The notes beneath the pieces are model-generated. The model ran no database searches, was not told where the DNA came from, and saw nothing but the letters and a program-made list of their open reading frames with translations. Position numbers and translations under genes: made by a program. Shown here one piece after another: positions 45,204 through 56,564 of a stretch of 64,000 nucleotides of DNA; position 1 is the first letter of the stretch, and every line of letters starts with the position of its first letter. The stretch is from Rebecca billardiae RCC1528 (lineage: Eukaryota; Protista; Haptophyta): the NCBI GenBank assembly GCA_965240325.2, contig OZ251243.1, forward strand, positions 434,001-498,000. Reading direction: 5' to 3'.

Positions 45204-46494
45204 GGCAGATGGGGTTGAGGAGCGTGCGTCGGCCTGTCGATGCCCGTGCTGTGCGACTGTGCACTTGCTGCAGCAGACGATGCTGCGCTGGCCGACGGCG
45301 ACGCCCCGGAGCGCGGGCCGAGGCCCGACTTAGGATGACTTCAGGATCAAGGCGGACAGATAAGAGAGAGAGACTCTAGAGCTCTAGAGAGAGAGAGAGT
45401 AGACATATGTAGATCTCGTCATTAACACAGAGACTCTGAGAGCCGCCCGCCTGCTGGTGCGGTGGTGCCCCGCCGCCGCAACCACGCGGCCCACGCCCGC
45501 GGGCCACGGCCACTGCGCCCACTGGCACTGCCGGGCGGCTCGAAGCGGCGCCGCGCCGCCAGGCAGTGCCGCGGCCACCGTGTCGTCCGTGACCGGGATA
45601 ACAGCAGACGACTGTCAGACATAGCATCAGTGCGTTCCACTCCCCGGAGTGCACGCGACCCCTTGGCGGGCCCTCGGGCGCCAACCGTTGCGTCGTAGGC
45701 GGCGCGTACCGCCGACCGCGTCGGTGGGCGCAGCCGTGAGTGACCCAATGAACCCTCTCGCACCGCGCCCGGGCAGACCTCGACACCCGCCAGAGAGTGA
45801 GCGTCACAGTCGGCCCGTCACTCGCTCGCGCGCGGCCGCGGAGGCCCCCGAGTGCACTGCGCCGAGCACCCGGCCGGCACCCGCGCGCCGGCCAAGCTGG
45901 CGAGAATGGCGCGCGGAGGGATGGCGGCGAAGGCGCGTCAGCGTTGCCCACGCGAGCGATCATCACGCCCCGCCGGCGCCTGCCGCCACCGCCGCAGCCG
46001 CCATCGTGCGCCCTGACCCGCCGGCCCAAGCGCGGCACGCGCGGTGCCCGGGCTGGGGAGGGCCGGGCGCGGGCCCGACGATGGCTGATCAGCCGCCGCC
46101 ACCCGATTAGGCGCGGGCGCGCAGCCGCCGCCAGCATTAGGATTAATACGGGCGGCTTCAATGGGAATCTCACATACAAACTACGACGTACGTACGCGCA
46201 ATCGCAAATCTAATCAGCGGACTGTCATAGCCCACTCACTACACCAAAAATTTCCCGGCTAAATCCAACCCCACAAATTCCCCTTGACGATGAAAATCCT
46301 GCGCGCATTATCTTTTTTGATTTTGCTGAGCACGTGATGCGCCGCGCCCCCGGCTTTCGCTCACGCTCAGTCCTTTCGGGGCGTGCGCCATTATTGCGAT
46401 AACCGCGGGCTCAGGCACTGACGGGCCGCCATTGATGAACTCCGCCCCCCCCCCCGGCCGCTACCAGAGCACAGTTCATTCCATATACATATAC

Positions 46495-46533
<39 letters not shown>

Positions 46534-47340
46534 GCGTTATTGGCACAATAATGAGTGTCTACTCTAAGAGCGACACCGCCAAGATCCGGCTCGCTTGGCA
46601 TCATCAGACATCAACCAGCTGTCCGGCCGGGGCGCCCGCCGCCCAGCGCGCGCAGTCCTGGTCGGACCCCTTTTCGGCAGCCAATCCGGTCGGCACCGGG
46701 CACGGCCTGCAGGACTTCCGACTTGCTCGGCGATTCCTGTTTCCTTCCAGGCGGCTCTTCTGGGCTTCTGGCTTTCGGCGCGGCGCGGCCCAAGGTACGG
46801 GGGCGTGGCACGACACAAAGCGCCGAGCTGGGCAGGGGGGCCATCGGACACCGCACGCTACACTCTCCTCCGACCACTCTTGTGAGCTCGGCACACAGGA
46901 GGTGTACGCCTTTGGCAGTCCCCTCTGCTCGGTGAGGTTGCTGCTATCAGCGCCTCCGCCCTGCCAGCGCCACAGTCCACACCGCAGCCGCGTCGTCGCT
47001 CGTCTGGCATCAGATTCTGGCGTCCAGCAGCTCACGTGCTGCCAGTCCGTGCTGCCGCGTCAGCTCGGGCTGCTCAGCTCCGCGGCGGCGGTTCATTCTC
47101 CGCACTGCCCGCGCCCGTCGTTCGTTGGTTAAAGCCCCGACCTATATGACACCTACAATGATATAACATGATCGTGCCCCAATCATGATGATCGTGGACT
47201 GTCCCAAGGCCAAGACGCAGTTCACGCCACGACCATCCAGCTCTCGGTCGTGCTCGACGACGCTTCGAGCGAGCAGGGCATGGCGGAGTGGAACCTACTA
47301 TACATACTGCTAGTGTTAGACACAATCATGTATACTTCAC

Positions 47341-47640
47341 GACGTGGCATGCAACGTCAACGGGCAAGCGTCCAAGGCTCACAGAGTGCAGCAGACACAT
47401 AGATAGAATGCGTCCGCGCCTTCGTCCGACCAGGTCAGGCAGTGCGCCACCCGCAGCCCTGCCCCCCTACGGGGGCGGGGCCGGGATGGAGCACCGCCTC
47501 GGCCTGAGGCATTCGGCGGCGACGGCAGATGCCGCCGCGGCCGAGCGCCTTCCGGAGCACTTGATGGATGGATTATGACGGGTGAGGTCGTAGCGCCGGT
47601 CAAGATGTCGCCGCAGCCCGCCGACCTAGCGGCGCCGAGC
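47341..47640 (-). repeat. Inverted dispersed copy of the 53093-53891 repeat unit
   Basis: Reverse complement of ..CAAGTGCTCCGGAAGGCGCTCGGCCGCGGCGGCATCTGCCGTCGCCG..GCATGCCACGTCGT with small insertions. Confidence 0.85.
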
Positions 47641-47950
47641 ATAGCTATGTACTATCTATCAATCTATCTATCTATCTATCTATCTATATATATTAAGAGA
47701 GAGAGAGAGTAAGTGAGCCAGTCATCAATCGTTATATATTCGATTCATCGCGTATCATAAAGATGATCGTCGGCACAGGCTCTGGCTCCGGTTGACCCCT
47801 GCCAGTCCGGTCATAGAAACCGGGCGTACCGAAAATGATCTTCGCATTCCTGCGGCCGAATGAACGCCCGAAGTGTCCCACAGGGCTCCAAGTAGGGTTA
47901 ATATGGATGGCCAATAAGTGCCCAGGGTGTGAAACTCAGTTTGTGACTAC

Positions 47951-49692
47951 TTCAGACTCTATTTTCATAGCTATTTACCCAGTCCGGTGGCATATTTCCA
48001 ATCGCTACGGGTGCATCCGGATCGCCCCCGGACCGTGTTCTGACCAGAGTCTGAAATGGGTAAATACATAGTAATGACCGCGTTCCGCGGTCCTTTTCCG
48101 TAGAACGAACGTAGTTCGGGGCCCGCGGTGGCGGTGCACCCTCCGTCGCAGTCGTCCCGTACACGTGTAACTAGACTCCATCCAGCGGCGCGCCGCCCAG
48201 CGCCGCGCCGCCGCCGGCGTGCGCCGAGTGTGGATGTCGGTCGTCGGCCGAGCTGCCCTCATCACAGACGGCCCTTACCTGACCCCCTGCGCGTGCGCGA
48301 CGGCCGACAGGCGGATGCGACTCGGCGTGATCGACGCACGAGCGCGACTCTTGCACGCCAGGCCACCGGCGGAGCTGACTGACAGCCAGGGAGCCGGACG
48401 GCGCGGGACCGCGCGGATTCGACCGTTCGTTCGGGCCTGCCGCTGACCGTCGTCGCCGCGACGCCAGCAGCGCAGGAGTAGATGATCTGCAGGTCAGTAG
48501 GGTTCGACCTGCGCGCCTGCGCGACGGCCGACAGGCGGGCGCGAGGCGTGAGCGACGCATGAGCGCGACTCTACGTGCACACCAGGCACCACGCGGCCGA
48601 GCTGACTGACCGCGAGCCAGGGAGCACGGTGCGAGCAGCCATGCAGCACCGGTGCTTGCTTGCGCGCGCCGCGCGTGCACGGGGTGACACACCTCGGTCA
48701 GGCTCGGCACGCGTCGCAGAGGCACGGCCAGCTCTGGGCACGCCAGGCGCCCAGGCCACGCGGAGCTGACAGCCACTGGGAGCCGACGGCGCGCGGGGCC
48801 GCGGCCAGTTCCGAGTTCGACTTGCGCCTGCTCTGAAGAAGAGTTCTGGGAGACCCTGGCGGAGAGGCATGGCAAGGGGGGCGTGTGGTGAAGTCGGAGA
48901 CTCAGAGATCGATCAGTCCGGCATCATGCGCCGCTGCCCCCGAGCTTGCGAGAGCCCGAACACAGGGCGGCGGCTGCGGCGGCGGCGGCGCGGCCGCGCG
49001 GCCGGCCGCGCAGGCATCGACAGGGCGCGGCAGGGGCGTGCGGAGTGACTAGTGAGCGGGCACGAACGCGATGTCGACGGCCGTCGGGACCCGCCGCAGA
49101 CGCGCGCTCCAGGCGCCACTCGGCACTCGCCACGCGCACCTGCCCATCGAGCGCCCCCTTGCGGACCAACCAAGAGTCGTCGCGGCTCGCTCGCCACCCC
49201 TGAAGAAACCTGCACACGTCGTCCTTGCGACGGCGGCAGGTTTTGAGCTCGCCAGCTCGGTAAGTCAGTGACTATGGAATGGGCTGGCAACGAATAGCTG
49301 CGCGGGTATTTTCAATAAGGCTTGCGGGTTTTAGACTCTAGATACCAACCGCCGCGAAGCCAAGTTCATATTCATCAAGGCGGAGGCAAACTATCATCAC
49401 ACATGAACGAGAGTCTACCCACAAAATTTACTCAGCCTGGCACACTTGGGCGTGGGTTTCGTTGATTCCTCTGTTTGTTCACTATTCAAGACGGCGGCCG
49501 CGTCCTTTTTCGACGCTAATGCACCTGTAAGGGAGTCTCAAAATCGAAACTCGGTCTCCTCCAGCCCTAAAAAATCGCCCCCCGTCCCTTTTTTCTTGAT
49601 CAAAGATCTTTTTGAAACGTGGTTCGGGCCCGCTGGTGCGGGCTCCACGCTGCGCGCTCCGCCCTGCACCGCGGGCCAAAATAGAGTCTGAA
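47951..49692. mobile_element. TTCAGACTCTATTTT-TIR MITE interrupted by a 1.6-kb TGACCGCG-family element (48075-49678)
   Basis: 15-bp TIRs at 47951-47965 and 49678-49692, flanks CTAC/CTAT; inner element has the left-end motif at 48075 and the right-end motif ending at 49678. Confidence 0.6.
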
Positions 49693-49989
49693 CTATAGAG
49701 TGAAGTGCTTGTTGGCGCGCGCCCAATATCGCTCTGAAGTCATATCATCTAGGCATCCATTGAGGTCCTCCTGTGCAGTTTTCACGAGTGACTTCATGTC
49801 TTCATGAAGGAGCTCACAGTGCCCGTCTAGCTGGCAGGGTCGTCAACCGAAGCCAGAGCCCACCGATATATCATAGCGTAAGCAAGGCTGCGTCGGTCAT
49901 CCTATAGTGGTGCTATAGTGTAGCACCGTCACCGACCGATCGACTACAGCACGACCTCGTCGGAGCGGGTGGCTCAGCCCAGGGGCCGC

Positions 49990-50982
49990 TCACGGCTCAG
50001 CCCCGGCGCCGGCGGCCGCCGATTCGTCACGCGGGCGTTTGCTTGATGACGGAGCGCGTGCGAAGAAGTCGCCGATCTTCTTGCGCGCCTCCTTCGGCGC
50101 GCGCGGCACCGACTCGCCTGCCAGTGCGTGCGTGAGCGCGCGCAGCCGCCTGGCGTTGGCGTGCATAGCGCACGGCCGCTCTCCCGTGTCGTTGAGGATG
50201 CTCACGTAAACATCGAGCCCTCGCGTCCGGAGCTCGTGCAGCTGCGCCGCGTACTGGGCGAGCTCCGTATCCGTGTACCGGTACGTGTGCTCATCGTTCC
50301 GCCCGTGCAGCCGCACGTATGCAAAGTCTGCGGTGACCACCGGCTGCAGGGCCTCGAGCTCGTAGCTCGCACTCGAGCCATCCCGGCCCTCGCCCTGCCT
50401 GCCGACCGTCGCGCGCCCGACCGAGTTGGGGTGGCAGCAGAGGGCCCAGTTGTGCACGCGCATGAAGGCTAGCACTGCTTCGTCCTCGAACCAGCTGCTG
50501 TGGCGGAACTCGAACACAATCCGCGGCCGTTCGCCGGCTCTCGCCGAGAGCACTGGCTCAAGTGCATGCAGCCGACTGACGTCTGCCGTGAGCGTGCGCG
50601 GGCACTGGAAGAGGATGGGCCCTGCCGCCTCGCCGAGGTGCTCCGCCGCGACGAGCAAGGCACGCACGCGGTCGAGCACCCCGTCCGACAGCCCACCGTC
50701 GTGAGTGATGGCGCCAGGCGCCTTGAGGCCGAGTTCGAAACGCCGCGCGCACCGCGAATGCCACGAGCCAATCGTCGCGAGTGAGGGAAGGCCGTAAAAG
50801 GACGAGTTGATCTCCACGAAGTCGAAGTGCTCCTGGTACAGGTCGAGGAAGTCAGTCGACTTGGTCCGCCGAGGGTACAGGTCACCGACCCACGTCGACT
50901 GCCCAAGCCCCGCGCACCCCACGCGCAGCGCACCGACCTGTGCCGGCGTCGGGTCGATACCGCCATTGTCGTGCGCCGCCAT
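49990..50982 (-). CDS. DUF72 (YecE/YunF-like) domain protein
   Basis: VGCAG..W.GDLYP, YQEHFDFVEINSSFY, LKAP..ITH, GPILFQCP, FEFRHSSW, YVRLHG..YRYTD.EL. Confidence 0.9.
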   Translation of the reverse strand: MAAHDNGGIDPTPAQVGALRVGCAGLGQSTWVGDLYPRRTKSTDFLDLYQEHFDFVEINSSFYGLPSLATIGSWHSRCARRFELGLKAPGAITHDGGLSDGVLDRVRALLVAAEHLGEAAGPILFQCPRTLTADVSRLHALEPVLSARAGERPRIVFEFRHSSWFEDEAVLAFMRVHNWALCCHPNSVGRATVGRQGEGRDGSSASYELEALQPVVTADFAYVRLHGRNDEHTYRYTDTELAQYAAQLHELRTRGLDVYVSILNDTGERPCAMHANARRLRALTHALAGESVPRAPKEARKKIGDFFARAPSSSKRPRDESAAAGAGAEP

Positions 50983-51059
50983 CGTCGTTTACTCGTTTTC
51001 ACCTGAATGAACATGATACATTGAATGAACCAAGGGCGGTACTGGTGACTGTGACTCTG

Positions 51060-51158
51060 TGAGCTGTGTGCGTCTCTTATTCTTATAATAGTAAACTGTA
51101 CAGCCGTACGTACAGACGTACAGTTTACATACTCAGAATAAGAGACGCACGCAGCTCA
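51060..51158. repeat. ~100-bp hairpin/MITE-like element; partial copy at 3963-4006
   Basis: 24-bp outer inverted repeat (23/24 match) and 11-bp inner inverted repeat GTAAACTGTAC/GTACAGTTTAC. Confidence 0.7.
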
Positions 51159-51343
51159 GGTGTGCGGGACTATGGTAACAGTCGACTCACGCCCAAAGGC
51201 TTAGTACATTGTTAGAGTACTATGATTTTTAAAACGTGCCGACTCACTTGGCGACGGTCTTGCGACTGTTATTATATATAACGGGGCGAGTGATTGACGC
51301 CATCCAACCGTAACTGCACAAAGACACACAAATAACACGCCTA

Positions 51344-52183
51344 TTACGCCGACGACGTCACCTCGGCAGTCGAGTGAGGATTCTTGCAAGCGGCCTCGTA
51401 GCTGGTGCCGGGCCTCGCAAACCATGTGTTGAACCTGTGCTGCCCGGGCAGTGTCTTGCATACGATATAGCCAGCGCGTCTCATGAACTTGAGGATCGCC
51501 TTGTGGTGGGCGGGGGACATCCAGGTCTCGATGACGAAGACATCGATCGTGGTCGCCTTCCAGTCGATCGTGCTCAGCACGTCCAGCTCAGAGCCCTCCA
51601 CGTCGAGCGAGAAGAAGTCGACGTGCGGCACGCCCGAGAGGTATTCGCTCATGGGCGCGCAGGGCACGTCCACGACGATCGGCTTCTTCGAGGCCGCGGC
51701 CGCCGTGGCGTCGTGCTTGTGGAAATAGCCGACGAACTTTCTGGACATCTTCCCCACCACGCCCTGCGTCGAGTTGTAGGCCATCGGGTCGTCCATGAAC
51801 TGGACGCTCCGCTTCGGAGGCACGCAGACCGCGCCCCCGTGTGCAGTCGCTTTTGGTCGGTAGAGGCGCACGTTCTCTAGCAGCTTTGCTGCATTCGTCG
51901 GGCTGCCCTCGACGAGGACCCCGGACCACCCTCGGCAGGTCTCGAGGTAGAGAGTGTTGGATATGGTCAACCCATCCAGGGCGCCAAGCTCCACGAAGAC
52001 GCCGTTGCGTTTCTCGCCAAAGAAGATCAGCGAGCGCATCTCCTCGCCAAATTGCGAGCGCGACTGCAAGCAGCCGGTGCCGGTGGGTGCGGCATGCCCC
52101 CCTCGCAGCGCGGAAAGGAGGTGCGCAAGCGCACCGAGCGCGGAGATCGGCGTTCGGTGCCCCCGCGCCTCGCGCGGCGGCAT
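51344..52183 (-). CDS. FkbM-family methyltransferase
   Basis: RNGVFVELGALDGLTISNTLYLETCRGWSGVLVEGSP and HVDFFSLDVEGSELDVLSTIDW; start codon uncertain. Confidence 0.88.
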   Translation of the reverse strand: MPPREARGHRTPISALGALAHLLSALRGGHAAPTGTGCLQSRSQFGEEMRSLIFFGEKRNGVFVELGALDGLTISNTLYLETCRGWSGVLVEGSPTNAAKLLENVRLYRPKATAHGGAVCVPPKRSVQFMDDPMAYNSTQGVVGKMSRKFVGYFHKHDATAAAASKKPIVVDVPCAPMSEYLSGVPHVDFFSLDVEGSELDVLSTIDWKATTIDVFVIETWMSPAHHKAILKFMRRAGYIVCKTLPGQHRFNTWFARPGTSYEAACKNPHSTAEVTSSA

Positions 52184-53092
52184 CAGAGGCGCGGCGGTTG
52201 GCGGCCTGGCCGATACGACCACCCTTGCCGATACACACCCGGCTCGCTCGATCTGCGCGTGCGGTGAACCACGCTCAGAGCGGCCGGGGCTAAACCTGGT
52301 GACGAAACATGGCAGCGCCTCGAGACGCGTGGCCGGCGCAGGGGGGCGACACGCGCGGTGCTCGTTTAGCGTGGCGCGGCGTCGGACCGGTCGCGCGCTT
52401 GGCAGATGGACGCACCTGCACGTTCTTCGGGCACACACGCCTCAGGTCCGTGCGCGCACGCCTCTCTCGCCACTTGCGCGGGCTTGCTTTCAGCAGCTGC
52501 CCGCGCCGCACCCGGCTCAGAAAGTGAGGAGCTGGAACTCGAAAACGCGGTGAAACGCGGTGTGCAGACGCATTCTGCGCGGTGATCTAGTGGTATGTGA
52601 GAAGGTTGGATGCGGCCGTTTTCGTGTAAGACTGTGAGCACTCACACGCGCCCCCTTGGCTACCAGTGCGACTGCCGTTGTCACCGAACTCGCCGCTCGG
52701 GCGGTGCGCCACGCGCTCAGCATCTCGGCTGGTGAAGAAGCAGCATCCCGGTGTCGCGACGAGCCCGGACGCACGGAACTAGTCGTCTACTTCCAAGCCG
52801 CGCGCACCTGCCTGGAAGTGGCTAGCAAGCAAAACGGAGCCGAATGCAAGATTCATGATGGCACTCTCTACGCTCTGCTCGGACTCTCGGAGCCTTGTCA
52901 GTGCGAGCACGACGGGAACGCCGTACGCGAGGCGAGGCGGCGCAATGTGTATATATATACATACAAGCACTGCATCTGCAGCAGCCCGCCGGCGGGCTGG
53001 GCTGCGACATCGACTACAACCTCATCCGTGCTTCATCGCCCATGGAGCGCGCTAGGCGGCGCGCTCACTCTCCAAGCCCCTCTTCTGCAGCT

Positions 53093-53891
53093 GCGCGCCG
53101 CTTGGCCGGCGCGCGGCGACGCGTACTACGACCTCATCCTCATCCAGGCGCCCACGCGGGCGCACGGGGGCGACAGCCGCGGCTGCCGCTTGCCGGAGCT
53201 GCTCGCCGCTAGGTCGGCGGGCGGCGACATCGGATCACACATCGACTACGACCTCACCCTCATCCAAGTGCTCCGGAAGGCGCTCGGCCGCGGCGGCATC
53301 TGCCGTCGCCGCCGCGTGCCCCAGGCCGAGGCGGTGCTCCATCCCGGCCCCGCTCCCGTAGGGGGGCAGGGCTGCGGGTGGCGCACTGTCTGACCTCAGA
53401 CCTGGTCGGAAGGCGCGGACGCAGTTCTATGTGTCTGCTGCACTCAGCCTGACGCCTGCCCGTTGCATGCCACGTCGTATATTTATTTATTTATTTATTT
53501 ACACAGCGCGCCGCTTGGCCGGCGCGCGGCGACGCGTACTACGACCTCATCCTCATCCAGGCGCCCACGCGGGCGCACGGGGGCGACAGCCGCAGCTGCC
53601 GTCTGCCGCAGCTGCTCGCCGCTAGGTCGGCGGGCGGCGACATTGACTACGACCTCATCACGGCTCACCCTCATCCAAGTGCTCCGGAAGGCGCTCGGCC
53701 GCGGCGGCATCTGCCGTCGCCGCCGCGTGCCCCAGCCCCAGGCCGAGGCGGTGCTCCATCCCGGCCCTGCTCCCTCAGAGGGGCAGGGCTGCGGGTGGCG
53801 CACTGCCTGACCTGGTTGGAAGGCGCGGACGCATTCTATATGTGTCTGCTGCACTCTGAGCCCTGACGCTTGCCCGTTGCATGCCACGTCG
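53093..53891 (+). repeat. Tandem duplication of a ~390-bp unit (53093-53478 and 53506-53891), possibly a gene fragment
   Basis: Both copies encode LTLIQVLRKALGRGGICRRRRVPQ but differ by indels. Confidence 0.85.
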
Positions 53892-54658
53892 TTAAATAAA
53901 TAAATAAATAAATAAAATAGAGAGAGAGACGAGAGAGAGAGATTCAAGAGAGAGAGAGAGATCGAGACGGAGCCAGAGAGAGAGAGAGACGAGAGAGAGA
54001 GAGATGAGAGAGAGTCATTGACAGTAGTAGACATTATATTATAATTATTATTATATATTATTCGGACATTGTCATTGCGAAGTCGTCAACGACAACGAGT
54101 GTCAGCCCTAGTACCGTCACCGTGCCGGCCGCATGCGCAGCCGCGGAAGGGTGATCTGTACGGATGCATGCACGCATCACTGTGAGTGCTGATGCGATGA
54201 TGACGACGATCGATGTGATGTTTAGACTTTAGCAGTGACGAGTGTCAGTGACAGATCGACGACGACAGATGTATACATGCGTATATTCGCAGCGGGCCAG
54301 GCCCAGGCCGGACTACGGCCGAGCGACAGATTATTGTCACAGAACGTGCGCGGCGGCCGGCGGCGCCGGCGGCGCGGGCCTACCCGCTACCGGCAGTGGG
54401 ACTCGGCTACTCGGTACCGGCACTCAAGCCTGACAGCAGTCGTCAAGACTGTGCATATATGTCTCATCTCTCATGGGCGCACTGTCAGGCTGGCACTGGC
54501 AGCGCGGGCATCAGCGGCAGAATGATCGACGACGATGATGTCGATCGCAGCTCGTAACAAGCTGTGAGACACTCGCGGATTCAGCGCATGGAGCCCGTAA
54601 CAGCGTGATGCCGATCATGTACACACGAGCGGAGCCGGCGTCGGCCGGTCACACCCGC

Positions 54659-56120
54659 TCACCAGAGCACGCGCGTCTTCACGTTGAACGACGCGCCGCG
54701 CAGCAGGTTGACCACCTCAGCCGACACCTCCTTGTTCATGTCGATGAGCACGTACCCGACATTCTCGTCTGTGCCGAGCACCTGGCTGGTGATGTTGGCG
54801 CCCACATCGGAGAGGCATTTGTTGATCATCGAGAGCACGCCGGGCTCGTTGCGGTGCGCGTTGAGGATGCGGTGCGACGTCGGCTTGAGCGGCATCTCCA
54901 CCGTCGGGAAGTTCACCGCGCCCGTCGTCGCGCCGCCGTTGATGAACGCCTTGAAGGCCGACGACACCTCCAGGCCGATCGCGCGCTGCGCCTCCATGGT
55001 GGAGCCGCCGACGTGCGGCGTGAGGATCGTGTTGGGGCAGCCCTGCAGCACGCTCTCGAAGACGTTCTCACCGCTCGCCTTCGGCTCGGCTGGGAACACG
55101 TCCGCCGCGGCGCCGGCCAGGTGCCCGCTTTTCAACGCGTCCGCCAGCGCGTCCACCACCACCTGCGCGTGCGCGCGAGCGCCCCATGCGATTCGACGCA
55201 GCGCCGGCGCCATGCGCGGATCCTCAAGAGCCGGCCGATGGGCGGGCGCGAGCCGGCGTTCGCGCGTCGGCCGGGCGGCGCGCGACGCACCACTTCGCCC
55301 CGCGCGCAGTTGATGAAGAAGGCGTCCTTCTTCATCTTGGCGAACTGCTCCTTGCCAAACATGTTGCGCGTGCTCTCAAGCCGCGGCACGTGCAGCGAAA
55401 CATAGTCGGACTGCGCAAGCACGTCGTCGAGCGAGTCGCACGAGATGGCGTTGCCCAGGTTGAGCTTGGCAGACGTGTCGTAGAAGACGACGCGCATGCC
55501 CAGCCCCTCCGCGAGGATCGAGAGCTGCGAACCGACGTGCCCGTACCCCACGATGCCAAGCGTCTTGCCGCGGATCTCGTGGCAGTTCTTCGCCGTCTTG
55601 TACCACGCGCCGCGGTGGCACTCGGAGCTGCGGTCCATCATCCCTCGCGAGAGCGCGATGATCTGGCCGATCACGAGTTCAGCTGCGCGCCACACCGCGT
55701 GCGCGCGCGACGGCCGCAGCCGGGCGGCTGGTGAGCGCTGCACTCGGGCGGCGCGCATGGTGAGTGCGCGAGTCGCGCGCGGCGCGCACCGACAGAGCGC
55801 GTGTTGCTGAAGGGCGCGTTGAAGACAGGGATACCCTTGCTGGCGGCGTAGGGCAGGTCGACACGATCCGTGCCGATGCAGAAGCACCCGATGCACAGCA
55901 GCTTGTTCGCGTTCTCGAGCACCTCCTTGCTCAGCGGCGTCTTGCTGCGGATCCCAATCGCGTGGACTGTCTTAATCTTCTCGATGAGCTCGTCGTGCGG
56001 GAGCGCCTCGGCAGTCTCGACGGTGAAGCCATCCTTCCGCAGGTCGTCGACGGCCACCTGGTGGATGTTCTCCATCAGCAGGATCTTGATCTTGTCCTTG
56101 GGGTATGACGTCGTCGCCAT
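54659..56120 (-). CDS. serA: D-3-phosphoglycerate dehydrogenase (E. coli SerA/yeast Ser3-type with ACT domain); introns 55163-55290 and 55683-55789
   Basis: KIKILLMENIH, IGIRSKT, GCFCIGT, FNAPFSNTRSVAE, GKTLGIVGYGHVGSQL, LTPHVGGSTMEAQ, HRNEPGVL. Confidence 0.95.
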
Positions 56121-56354
56121 GGCTGCCTCTCGTGCGGGATATCCGATCGGGCTCGGCCGTCGTCAAAGCACGTGGACGGAGGGGTCCAAGAATCTCGGCT
56201 GATGACAATGGCCAACGCTCGGGGCTCGGGCGCGAGCTTGGCGCACAATCGAGTCGTCAGTCACCCAGTTCCGTGGCCGCCATCGCCAACGCGGCCAAGG
56301 CGCCAACGCTGTCTGGCAGGCCGGGGCCCCGCGTGCTCTGGAGGCGGCTGCCGG

Positions 56355-56564
56355 ATGGGGAAGAGCGCCAAGCTGACCAAGGTCGCAGCACCGAAGAAGA
56401 AGACGGATCCCAACAAGGGGCTGATGAGCCCCTCCGCGTCAATCCTCGGCAGGGGGAAGGGTGGCATCGCCAAGCAGCGCAAGGAGAAGGGCTCCGGCGT
56501 CGGCGGGAAGCACGCCGGCAAGTTTGTGCTGTCCTCCTCCAAGCAGCCACGCCCACGCACATGA
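56355..56564 (+). CDS. Small basic Lys-rich protein (69 aa)
   Basis: ATG-initiated MGKSAKLTKVAAPKKK..., AAG-only Lys codons; divergent from serA. Confidence 0.55.
   Translation: MGKSAKLTKVAAPKKKTDPNKGLMSPSASILGRGKGGIAKQRKEKGSGVGGKHAGKFVLSSSKQPRPRT

Noticed and set aside
42965-49700. Single 6.7-kb transposon bounded by a 22/23-bp inverted repeat carrying the Cys-rich gene
   Set aside because: The same TIR also occurs at 47951 and a family end at ~44441, so two smaller opposed elements explain it more simply; not fully excluded.
52656-53393. 245-aa ORF as a real gene
   Set aside because: It runs through an AT-rich low-complexity patch and a duplicated repeat whose copies are frameshifted.
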